From contig JBGAHS010000008.1 in the NCBI GenBank assembly GCA_044226015.1, positions 288,001-352,000 on the forward strand: DNA of 64,000 nucleotides, given 5' to 3'. A model generated the notes under the pieces. It was not told where the DNA came from and did not search any database. It worked only from the letters and a program-made list of their open reading frames with translations. Shown here piece by piece: positions 30,030 to 38,817 of the stretch (positions within the stretch are counted from its first letter, which is position 1; each line of letters begins with the position of its first letter). The position numbers and the translations under genes were made by a program. Origin of the DNA: Candidatus Obscuribacteraceae bacterium (GTDB lineage: Bacteria > Cyanobacteriota > Vampirovibrionia > Obscuribacterales > Obscuribacteraceae).

Positions 30030-32480
30030 TCACAGCCAATACGATGTGTAACCTTCACCTTGAACCAGTCTATGCAACATTAAGCATAACCTGGCACATG
30101 TTCGAGGAAGATTTGCTCCCTTTATCGAGGGCGGCTTTCTGTCCTTTTCCCATCGGCGAATCAGATTATTGGAATCTTCAACTGTGATTCCCGGTTTTCC
30201 ATTATAAGCAAAGCCTAACAGCTCTTGGAGCAGAGTCTTAATGATAGGGCTGCCTCCAGCTATTCTCGGAAGTACTTTCATTTGAATAGCGACATCTAAC
30301 GGATCCACCTTTTCTCCGGCCCAATCAACAAATGAACCCAGCACTTCGTTTGCATGAAGCACAAAGAGTACAATTTCATCGCGAGAGCGATATGCAATTT
30401 GCAATTGCGCTTGTGACAAAAGCTCATTCAGACTTAGAAGCACCGCGATAGTACCATCAACAAGACTGCGCTCTGAATTGGAAAGATCCTTTAGGTCCGA
30501 GAGACGAGCAGCACGAGGCAGCCAAGCCGTCATGGACCATGACTTACTTTGATATTCTATGCTAGCCCCAGGCGCTTCCCATTCGTCTAAGTGAATGTCG
30601 GAAAACTCTAACGTGAAAGCGCGATCTAAAACTTTTCGACTAAATCCGTGAGTGCTTTCGTCCATATTCACGGTTCCAACAATTGCCAAATTTGACGGAA
30701 GTCCTATGCGATTCCATTTGCTGTCATCATCGTTTTCGAAGTCTTGATCAAACAGCGGATGAAGACCGTCAGGCTCGAGGCGTCGTTGCTCGACTAAGCT
30801 GAGCACCTCAGCAAAATAATGCTCAACGCGAGCAATATTCATTTCGTCAATTATCGCGCAGTAATGCAAATTGGGTTCGGCTGTTGCCTCCGCTGCAAAC
30901 TTCAAAAGTTTGCCTGGATTGAATCGACCGTGCAGCTGCACATATCCGAGCACATCAGAACTGTCGTTCCAATCAGGGCGAACCGGAATCACTTTTTTCA
31001 AACCACCAGTAATGTTAGCAACCAACTGAGGAAGCTGGGATTTGCCACTGCCAGATATGCCAGCAAGAATTACAAAAGGCTTTGTGCGTAAAGCTGTGAC
31101 ATAAGTCGCAATCTGCCAAGGTTCATAAATGTAGCCATCATATTTGATATCATCGATCAACTGACTGAGTGCTACATCTCGCAGAAACGGTTCGGCGGGA
31201 GTCTCGTTGAATGCCTCTGATTCCGGCTTAAACCAGGTAGAAATAAGATCATCACGCAGCATATGGCGATAGCCGGAATTGGAAATTACTTCCCAGTATG
31301 ATGTTGGAAATTCAGCGTGGCTAACAATCTTACGCAATCGCGCTGGTTCCAGTCCAGAGATTTGTTGATCTTCAACCAATGGAACGTATGACCAAACTCC
31401 ATCCTTGTCCAAGCGAAAAAAGGCTTCCTCAGCCTGAGTCATGCCCGACTTAAGATCATAACGACGCATGAGAGAACGAAATGCAGGCAAGATGTCGTCA
31501 AAGCGAATTGCATTATTCCAATTCTCTGTATCCAGTTTTTCCAGAACCGCAAGAACAATTCCTGGCTTGTAGAGCTTTATTGTGCCGTAGTCTCTGTTAA
31601 CGTTCAAGTTGCGGAATTTATCGCGTAACTCAATAAAAATTGCTTCCAAGTCTTCGAAAAGTAAATCGGGACTTTTCACACCAAGAGCCGCCAATTCTTT
31701 AGGTAGGAGTTGAGGAAATCGCTCAAGCATTTTTCCGACGAAACTGTTCGGCAACGCAAATAAATAACCTTGATTGACTGTACCACCGCTGTTGAACGGA
31801 GACTTCGCTACATTGCTCAAAGATGTTCTAAATTCCACAGGAATCGAGTCTCGGTGAACAGGCTCTAAGAGATCCACATACCTGACCCTCGCCATATAGC
31901 CATTATTTTCCCAATCACCGGCGCCCAACTCTTCAGGCTTAGGCTCCTCGAAAGCGTCAGATTCCGCGATACTCACCGCTACTAAGCGTTGATTGTAGTA
32001 ATGCCAAATCACATCGCCTTTTTTGACTTTTGCAAGATTTGCATGATGAAAGGCTTCGGATCCGCTTTTTGTTCTCTGCGGCGCCCATATAAAGCCGCCG
32101 TCATGCTCTTCATGGTAGGTCTTGTTCTGGTTGACCCACCACCATGCCGTTGAGTGAGCTAATGACTCATTAACTTTCGAATCTTTCTGCGACGAATTTT
32201 CCATCACTCTTTTTTCACCTGCCTCGGTGAGCTTCCAAACATTTCGCTCATCGCCTGCAATATGACCTAGCTTTACAAGGTCGTTTCGCGCCCAACGCAC
32301 CATGTTTTCCCATTTATTTCTTTGAGGCTCGGAGTCCAAACTTTGATTTCGCTCTGCTGGAGTGAGCGCAAAAAATTCTGCCAGAAGCTCGTAGAGCTGC
32401 GCAGGTTCTGCAGACCCTCCCAATTGATGCAGGTATTGCAAGAGAGAAATTTGGATGTCTTTGTACTTAGGAAAACTCAT
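30030..32480 (-). CDS. mcrB: McrB-family AAA+ GTPase with Mrr_N, EVE-like and SBD-like N-terminal domains
   Basis: GISGSGKS, DEMNIARVEHYF, GTVNMDEST, FSRKVLDR. Confidence 0.9.
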   Translation of the reverse strand: MSFPKYKDIQISLLQYLHQLGGSAEPAQLYELLAEFFALTPAERNQSLDSEPQRNKWENMVRWARNDLVKLGHIAGDERNVWKLTEAGEKRVMENSSQKDSKVNESLAHSTAWWWVNQNKTYHEEHDGGFIWAPQRTKSGSEAFHHANLAKVKKGDVIWHYYNQRLVAVSIAESDAFEEPKPEELGAGDWENNGYMARVRYVDLLEPVHRDSIPVEFRTSLSNVAKSPFNSGGTVNQGYLFALPNSFVGKMLERFPQLLPKELAALGVKSPDLLFEDLEAIFIELRDKFRNLNVNRDYGTIKLYKPGIVLAVLEKLDTENWNNAIRFDDILPAFRSLMRRYDLKSGMTQAEEAFFRLDKDGVWSYVPLVEDQQISGLEPARLRKIVSHAEFPTSYWEVISNSGYRHMLRDDLISTWFKPESEAFNETPAEPFLRDVALSQLIDDIKYDGYIYEPWQIATYVTALRTKPFVILAGISGSGKSQLPQLVANITGGLKKVIPVRPDWNDSSDVLGYVQLHGRFNPGKLLKFAAEATAEPNLHYCAIIDEMNIARVEHYFAEVLSLVEQRRLEPDGLHPLFDQDFENDDDSKWNRIGLPSNLAIVGTVNMDESTHGFSRKVLDRAFTLEFSDIHLDEWEAPGASIEYQSKSWSMTAWLPRAARLSDLKDLSNSERSLVDGTIAVLLSLNELLSQAQLQIAYRSRDEIVLFVLHANEVLGSFVDWAGEKVDPLDVAIQMKVLPRIAGGSPIIKTLLQELLGFAYNGKPGITVEDSNNLIRRWEKDRKPPSIKGANLPRTCARLCLMLHRLVQGEGYTSYWL

Positions 32481-32646
32481 ATTTGCCGTCCTGAAGCGTT
32501 CATGTGAATTCTACTGCCACAGAGCGCGCTTGGCATCATCAATCAGCAACACTTCGTTGATGCCACCTCGGACCCCATCGAATTGAGCGAACACCTTCTG
32601 CGTGGTCATTCTTAGGACATTTTTGGGGGATCAAAAGGGAAAGGAA

Positions 32647-32740
32647 GGGGCCAACCCTTGGCCCTTTTCCTCTTGCCACCCTCTGAAGTCCGGTAGAGGC
32701 TGGTTTTGTATTGCTGCTAAAAAGGGCCAATCGGGGCCAA
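32647..32740. promoter_or_regulatory. Cluster of GGGCCAA repeats upstream of the integrase (putative arm-type binding sites / att end)
   Basis: ggggccaa 32647, inverted ttggccc 32658, direct pair gggccaa 32724 and ggggccaa 32733. Confidence 0.5.
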
Positions 32741-32779
32741 CGCTGACTAAGACTGCATTTGAAGTGGAGTAGAAAGGAA

Positions 32780-33997
32780 ATGAGTGAGACAAAGCGAATC
32801 AACTTTACTAAGAAGAACCTGGAGGACCTTGACTTGCCTGAAGAAGGCAAGAAGCAAGAGCGCTATTACGACACAAAAGCGAGAGGTCTGTTTGTTCTGG
32901 TCACTGACGCCGGGATGAAGACCTTTTATGTGCGCCGCAAGGTTAAGGGCAAGTCGGAGTTGTTCCTGCTCGGCAGATTTCCAGAACTGACAGTGGAACA
33001 AGCTCGTGCTAAAGCTGGTGGCTTTCACGCGGCGGTGACCGAAGGTAAGAATGTAGTCGAGGCAAAACGTGCTGAGAAAGCCGAACTTACTCTGGGTGAG
33101 CTCTTTGACGAGTACATTGAACGTCATCTGAAAAAGAGCCGGAAGACATGGCAGGTTCAACAAGAAAATATTGAGCGCTATTTCGGTCCCTGGAAAAATC
33201 ACAAATTGTCTGCAATTACGAGAGAAGATGTAGAACTCCTGCACGGATCCCTTGGACGAAAGAGAGGTCACTACTCAGCAAACAGAGCGCTCGATCTCTT
33301 GCGGGCTGCATATAACAAAGCTATTCAGTGGCACATGTACAAAGGTGCAAATCCAGCCGTCGGCATTTCCGAGTTTAAAGAACAGCCACGCGAACGCGCT
33401 CTACAAGCCGATGAGATGGAACGTTTCTTTCAGGCACTGCAAACAGAAACTGATAACAATTTCAAGGACTTTATTCATCTTTGCCTGTATACGGGTCAAC
33501 GAAAATCAAATGTACTTGCAATGCGGTGGGCCGACATCGATTTCACAAGCAAGACCTGGACAATACCGGGAGAGAAAATGAAGAACGGTCAATCACTTGT
33601 GTTGGCATTGAGTCAATCTGAAATTGATCTTCTTGAAAAAAGACGCACGCTTGGAGAGTGGGTGTTTCCTGGCGCCGGGCGAACAGGACATTTTGTCGAG
33701 CCAAAGCGAGCCTGGCATCGATTGTTGAAGCGAGCGGAGATTGAGAATCTGCACGTTCATGATCTTCGGCGCAGCTTAGCCTCGTTCATGGCCAATGCTG
33801 GTGCTGATGTGTCACTGATCAAAAGCGCACTCAATCACAAGGACATTCAAACAACACTCAATGTTTATGTACGGACGGCGAAATCTGCTGAGCTGGATGC
33901 GCGAGAAAAGGCGCACAAGCTGATGGAGCAATTCGGCAAGAAGGACGAGAGCAAAATAGTCGATATCAAAAAGAAGCAAGCAGGAAAAGGAAAGTAA
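32780..33997 (+). CDS. Tyrosine integrase with N-terminal arm-binding domain
   Basis: YYDTKARGLFVLV arm domain; TGQRKSN, HDLRR, LNHKDIQTTLNVY catalytic motifs. Confidence 0.95.
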   Translation: MSETKRINFTKKNLEDLDLPEEGKKQERYYDTKARGLFVLVTDAGMKTFYVRRKVKGKSELFLLGRFPELTVEQARAKAGGFHAAVTEGKNVVEAKRAEKAELTLGELFDEYIERHLKKSRKTWQVQQENIERYFGPWKNHKLSAITREDVELLHGSLGRKRGHYSANRALDLLRAAYNKAIQWHMYKGANPAVGISEFKEQPRERALQADEMERFFQALQTETDNNFKDFIHLCLYTGQRKSNVLAMRWADIDFTSKTWTIPGEKMKNGQSLVLALSQSEIDLLEKRRTLGEWVFPGAGRTGHFVEPKRAWHRLLKRAEIENLHVHDLRRSLASFMANAGADVSLIKSALNHKDIQTTLNVYVRTAKSAELDAREKAHKLMEQFGKKDESKIVDIKKKQAGKGK

Positions 33998-34091
33998 AAG
34001 TTACGCGTTAAGCGTCTGTTAAGCTACCAGGACACCTCAACCACTGGTCAAGCACCATATTTAGTGACGATAAAGCACTGCTGTTCTTATA

Positions 34092-34294
34092 CTTGCCGAA
34101 GGAGTGAGCTGGAGCCCTGTTGCTAGCTGCCGGCAGGCATATGAGCGCAGCGACTGAATCGGCTTGGAGCATGTGCTAGGCTAGGAGCGGCAGACGGTGA
34201 AAGACATTTTTCAACTTGCCTCAGTCGGTCGCAGTCTGCCCGACAGCCGGAAAGCACAGGCTACAAGCCCAACCAATTTCCGAGGCTCGGCAGG
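34092..34294 (+). ncRNA. Candidate ~200-nt structured RNA or ssDNA hairpin element (strand uncertain)
   Basis: Nested complementary segments read by eye: cttgccga/tcggcagg, agccctgttgct/agcacaggct, ccggc/gccgg, cgactga/tcagtcg, plus two inner hairpins. Confidence 0.35.
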
Positions 34295-34309
34295 TGAAGA
34301 GTGTGCAAC

Positions 34310-35080
34310 TTACTTTGTTGTTTCTTTCTGAGCTTCAGTCTTCCACAATTCAAGCTGCTCTATGTGTTCCTTTGGCAGATCATATTTCTTAGCTCCTTCA
34401 ATCATCATGTCAATGTAATTTTGTGTTGGCCAAACCGGGGAGGTCTGAAGTCTTTCTTTCCGTTGAACTATGTAAACGACTGCTGGCACCTTGGTCCCAT
34501 CGCTAAGTTCAATTTGCGGCTTTGGATTCAATGTTTCGTAAACGTGAGGATAGCCTTCCTGAGCGTTGATACCACTAAGATTGGTGGCCTTGAAAGCCAC
34601 GCCTGGCAATATCTTCCCGTCGGCTCGTTGAATATTAGCGGCTCCCGCTTTCCATCGGTCTTTGCTGTAGTAGTTCCAAATCAGCTCGTAATCTGGCAGA
34701 GTGGCACGACACGGTTGCGATATAACTGAGGCGTCAAAACCCTTTTCGGTCAATCGTTTGCAGAGACCATCAAAATCCATGTTGGAGCCGTAAGCGAAAA
34801 CCCATTGACTTTGTTGATTGCGTGATCCAATACGCAAAACACTGAGGCTTTCCAAATCTGTGTACAAGGAACATTCAATCCTTAAATCGCTTACTTGAAA
34901 CAACCAAAATATCGAGCCTTTCCCTTTTGGAGTAATAGCCATGCGACGACCACGTCCGCGAGGATCAAAAGTGTTTCCTTGATAGTACGAAAGGAATGCC
35001 AAGATTTCCTGTCGTTCGGAAGCCTCCAAAGACGCCAGTTCAGTTACAGCTTGTTCGTGAAATTCAACCTTCCAGTTCAA
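34310..35080 (-). CDS. RelE/ParE-like domain fused to gamma-glutamylcyclotransferase
   Basis: N-terminal WKVEFHEQAVTELASL...LRI...VLRIGSR; C-terminal VFAYGSNM, ANI, QEGYP.VY, PTQNYIDMMIEGA. Confidence 0.8.
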   Translation of the reverse strand: MNWKVEFHEQAVTELASLEASERQEILAFLSYYQGNTFDPRGRGRRMAITPKGKGSIFWLFQVSDLRIECSLYTDLESLSVLRIGSRNQQSQWVFAYGSNMDFDGLCKRLTEKGFDASVISQPCRATLPDYELIWNYYSKDRWKAGAANIQRADGKILPGVAFKATNLSGINAQEGYPHVYETLNPKPQIELSDGTKVPAVVYIVQRKERLQTSPVWPTQNYIDMMIEGAKKYDLPKEHIEQLELWKTEAQKETTK

Positions 35081-35810
35081 AGCGCTTGCTGACCTCCTCC
35101 CACGAAATCAAGTTTTTTCTGGCAGCTCCGCGTTCGCTTGTCGTTTCGTCTCCATTTCCCCACATCTCTTGGTGCGGCGGATCCAAACTTACCCGGCCAA
35201 GATAGTTACAGAATCTAGTAACTAAGTGCTCTCTGTATGGTGGCAAAAGCTTGCATCGACGACGACTTAGTCTCTTCTGGGGCACTCGTTCCGAAATGCA
35301 GTTATAGAGCTCACTAGTAGGAATAGAAAAGTATTTTCTAAAATCAACAGCAAGGGGCGGGAGCCCCGTATTCAAATTGTCCTCACATCTGAGGACTTCG
35401 CACATGACGTGAAATCTCTCGTTGGCATTTGCTCGAATTGGCTTCCAGAGGTCGCTCCCTTGATTTAAGTTCTTTACGTGCTCAAGTACAGTCATTTGGC
35501 AAAGTAACACGCACGGCAAAAGATTCGCGGTTTTCTTTGCGATTTTTTGCCGCAATGCATCCTTTTCTGCGTCCCCAGCTTCTGCCAAAGCCCGTCTTAG
35601 GTCCTCCAACTCTTTGCGCAGATCATAGTCTTGCAATAAGTCGCAGTCTTGCGTAAGCACAATTGCAAGCGGATGCGCTTCTATTTCAATTTCCGGCTCT
35701 CCCGTCAGAACAGCCGACTCCGTTAATCGTGTTATCACAACATTTGAGAGAATCTCTCCTTGATAGAGACTCTCACCCAGATTGGAACGAGCATAGACGC
35801 CACTCGGCAA
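35064..35810 (-). CDS. Hypothetical protein (IVLTQDCDL motif), possible PemK/MazF-like fold
   Basis: LYQGEIL...AIVLTQDCDL...AVDFRKYFSIP...PYREHLVTRF. Confidence 0.7.
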   Translation of the reverse strand: MPSGVYARSNLGESLYQGEILSNVVITRLTESAVLTGEPEIEIEAHPLAIVLTQDCDLLQDYDLRKELEDLRRALAEAGDAEKDALRQKIAKKTANLLPCVLLCQMTVLEHVKNLNQGSDLWKPIRANANERFHVMCEVLRCEDNLNTGLPPLAVDFRKYFSIPTSELYNCISERVPQKRLSRRRCKLLPPYREHLVTRFCNYLGRVSLDPPHQEMWGNGDETTSERGAARKNLISWEEVSKRFELEG

Positions 35811-35813
35811 TAT

Positions 35814-36092
35814 CTACTCCTCGCCAACCTGAAATTCTGGTCGCACAATTATACTCTTTACTTTGGCTTTGATCGGCTTTGCTACAGCAGCCTTCGGCTG
35901 CTTGAACTCATCCTCGGCTGCAATTTCTCGAACGAAATCTAGAACTCTCTCCAATGATTCTGATGGCAAATTTTGGACATACAGCAAAAGCTCCAACCGT
36001 TTAGGAGATAGTCCAAAGTCTGTGGAGAGAACCGGTTTATCGTCAGTCACGGCCTGCTGAATATGCCAAGAAAATGTCTCAAGGGTTTGCAT
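35814..36092 (-). CDS. Small hypothetical protein in the TIGR04255 operon
   Basis: Coupled between neighbours; start uncertain (36092 or further upstream). Confidence 0.6.
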   Translation of the reverse strand: MQTLETFSWHIQQAVTDDKPVLSTDFGLSPKRLELLLYVQNLPSESLERVLDFVREIAAEDEFKQPKAAVAKPIKAKVKSIIVRPEFQVGEE

Positions 36093-36891
36093 TCTCGAGC
36101 TTTTCAATTGGCTCTGGATCCATTGCTTCGTGGAGCGTTCCTGTGATGCACCAGCGGAAGAGTCTTGTTGACCGCTTGTTGAATTCATGAGTTCGTTCGA
36201 TTGCATCTTTTACCTCAGTTCTCTGCTCGGTGTACGTATCGCTATCGATCACATAACTATGCTCGTCATCTTCGTTTTCCTTGTGGAGACCATGTTGAAG
36301 CAGAACTTTTCCACCTTTTACTTTTATGAGTATCTGCCTGTATGCAAGCTCAAAGTCGTCCTCCTTCAAATTTTTGTTTGCAAGTTCACCAACAATATGA
36401 GATTCGAATAGGTCGCACCATTTGGCATCTTGGAGATTGAGCTTACTTCTTGTTATAACATTTCGATATCGAAGTCCGACCCTGTCGAAAAATGCAGGCT
36501 TGTAGCACTTAGTCAGAGCTGAAAGGGCAACTTCCAGTTGTTCTCTAAATTCTTCCCATCGACGGTAAGCCTTAGTACTGACGGCCAAAAAATCCTTGTT
36601 TAAGGTGATAGTCCAGCCTCCATCAGCAGAACTGAATTGATGAGCCACATTTGCTATATTCCCAACAATCTCGGTGGGTAGCATGGGTACTAGCTGCTGC
36701 GGTATTGGCGACTCAAGCTTCCTCTTGTAAAGAGGGTAGGCGATCTTCAGCGTTTCGTCGCGCAAACAGTCCTGGAAATCCGCTGGTGACTTGGAGTCTA
36801 TCCGAAGAATAGTCGGGTACCTGAGCTGGCAGATCACTTCTTCCAGCGGGTTTTTGCGGTAAATGAATCGCTCGGTTTCTGGAAACGGCAT
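36079..36891 (-). CDS. TIGR04255 family protein
   Basis: YRKNPLEEVICQLRYP, YRRWEEF, RVGLRYRN, YVIDSD motifs. Confidence 0.85.
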   Translation of the reverse strand: MPFPETERFIYRKNPLEEVICQLRYPTILRIDSKSPADFQDCLRDETLKIAYPLYKRKLESPIPQQLVPMLPTEIVGNIANVAHQFSSADGGWTITLNKDFLAVSTKAYRRWEEFREQLEVALSALTKCYKPAFFDRVGLRYRNVITRSKLNLQDAKWCDLFESHIVGELANKNLKEDDFELAYRQILIKVKGGKVLLQHGLHKENEDDEHSYVIDSDTYTEQRTEVKDAIERTHEFNKRSTRLFRWCITGTLHEAMDPEPIEKLENANP

Positions 36892-37129
36892 TTCAAAGCC
36901 AGATTAGGTTAGTAAAGCTCCATTCTACCCGACAAACAGGAAGAGTCCAGCCCCTACCGACGATCCAATTATCAGACCTTTCGAAGGGCTCCATTCTGTT
37001 GGACTATTGATGGATGCCATAAGAGATATATGTACAAAGCTCAGAACCCATTCACCTGTGTTAATACGACTGAGTCGCAGATGCTTAGAAAGCTCGCCGT
37101 TGATTGATGGCCGGTTCTCTTCCTATTTT

Positions 37130-37876
37130 TCATTTAGACCCGATTTCTGGAAGTTTGGCATCTGGAACAGGCTCCATCCGCTCAGCTGCCTGAATACCAG
37201 GATAGGTCAGCTCGTATACAACGCCACTGATATATTCAACGAGTCCTGCGCTGACAAGCTGATCAATTGCGTGAAGAAATAACTTGCGCTGTTTTTCAGA
37301 ATCATCAAAGGCATAGCCCTTGATACTTATTCTTTTCCCAGCACTCAGCGTTGCGTCAACTGCCAGAATTCTATTATTGTCCTGCAACGCTCGAGTCATG
37401 ATTACCCGTTTTGCAAGAGCCAGGTCATCTTCAATTTCAGGAACTGCAATTGAGGTTCCGCCAACCCCAATTACCTCAGCTAAATCTGCTGCTAATCTCA
37501 GGATCCCGTTTTCAGTATTTCCGGCATACAGCATTGATAAGCTTGGCGAAACCGCTTTTACTTCTTTAGCAGTTACCTTGTGCCAGACTGGCAAAATAAC
37601 CTTTACTGCATCTGCCATTTCTCTTGCTAGAAGACCGTCTAGTTCATATTGCGGCCAGTTCTTTTTGAAAAACTCCGGGCTCAGAACTACAATTCCATAT
37701 CGTGATTTCGAAAGTCCCTCATCTATTTTTCTGCGCAGGCTATCGCCAATTTTTATCACAGATTTGTCTAGCCAAACATTTAGTCCGAGCTTTTGAAGCT
37801 CATTTGCAAGAGGCTCTACTACGTCAACTTTATCTTCAGACGCATGGCAAATGAACACATCGAATTCGAAAGTCAT
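37130..37876 (-). CDS. TIR-domain protein (TIR_2) with C-terminal wHTH-like domain, paralog 2
   Basis: FDVFICHASEDK, WPQYELDGL (catalytic Glu). Confidence 0.9.
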   Translation of the reverse strand: MTFEFDVFICHASEDKVDVVEPLANELQKLGLNVWLDKSVIKIGDSLRRKIDEGLSKSRYGIVVLSPEFFKKNWPQYELDGLLAREMADAVKVILPVWHKVTAKEVKAVSPSLSMLYAGNTENGILRLAADLAEVIGVGGTSIAVPEIEDDLALAKRVIMTRALQDNNRILAVDATLSAGKRISIKGYAFDDSEKQRKLFLHAIDQLVSAGLVEYISGVVYELTYPGIQAAERMEPVPDAKLPEIGSK

Positions 37877-37889
37877 GAGTTATCCTCGT

Positions 37890-38636
37890 TTACTTCATAC
37901 CTACGTCCAAAATCCTGTCTTTGGGAACTGGCTCCATTCGTTCGGCAGCTTGGATACCAGGATAAGCAACTGCATACATTACGCCATCGGCGTGGGCTAC
38001 AAGTCCAGCTTTCATAAGCTCCTCAAGTGCGTACAGAAACAATTGGCGTTGTTTCTCGGAGCCGTCAAATGAGTAACCACCTATAGATATTCGCTTCCCT
38101 ACGTTTACTTTGACGTCAAGCTTAGCTATCTTGTTTTCGACTTTTAGAGCTTCGGTCAAAATGATTCGTTTTGCAACTGATATGTCATCTTCTATTTCAG
38201 GCACTGCGATTGATTTATCGCCCACTCCGATGACATCAGCCAACTCGGCTGCCAAATGCGGAATGCCATTTGCGGTATTGCCAGCTAATAGCATCGATAA
38301 TGAAGGCGAAACGGCTCTTACGTCCTTTGCAGATAAGTTATGCCAGACTGGTAGAACGACTTTCACAGCATCAGCCATTTCTCTTGCAAAAAGCCCATCA
38401 AGCTCATATTGCGTCCAGTTTTTCTTGAAAAACTCGGGGCTTAGAACTACGATCCCGTATCTTGATTTACTAAGCCCTTCATCGATTTTTCTGCGCAAGC
38501 TATCGCCTATTCTTAAGACAAATTTGTCGAGCCAAACCTTTAGACCGAGCCTCAGAAGCTCCTGCCCTAAGGGTTCAACCACCTCGGCTTTGTCTTCAGA
38601 AGCGTGGCATATGAACACGTCGTATTCGTAGGACAT
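37890..38636 (-). CDS. TIR-domain protein (TIR_2) with C-terminal wHTH-like domain, paralog 1
   Basis: YDVFICHASEDK, WTQYELDGL. Confidence 0.9.
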   Translation of the reverse strand: MSYEYDVFICHASEDKAEVVEPLGQELLRLGLKVWLDKFVLRIGDSLRRKIDEGLSKSRYGIVVLSPEFFKKNWTQYELDGLFAREMADAVKVVLPVWHNLSAKDVRAVSPSLSMLLAGNTANGIPHLAAELADVIGVGDKSIAVPEIEDDISVAKRIILTEALKVENKIAKLDVKVNVGKRISIGGYSFDGSEKQRQLFLYALEELMKAGLVAHADGVMYAVAYPGIQAAERMEPVPKDRILDVGMK

Positions 38637-38817
38637 TGATACCTCGGGACAACTTGCAATACATAGATAATCGATCTCATATCACGGATGCGCAAGAGAT
38701 CTACTTGATATATCCTGGGTGCCGCAAGACTCGAAAGATTGACAGCCGGACTGCTCCGCGACTTGGTTACTTTCTTTTCAGGATTTGATGGAGATGAATA
38801 ACAATCAACTCGATGGC

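Noticed and set aside
37062..37078. T7-promoter-like TAATACGACT and recurring GACTGAGTC palindrome (also ~29146 and ~63986)
   Set aside because: Only a 10-bp match; three 9-mers in 64 kb, one inside a CDS, is too weak
37130..38636. Canonical Thoeris or CBASS
   Set aside because: No SIR2/SLOG, Macro or CD-NTase gene seen nearby
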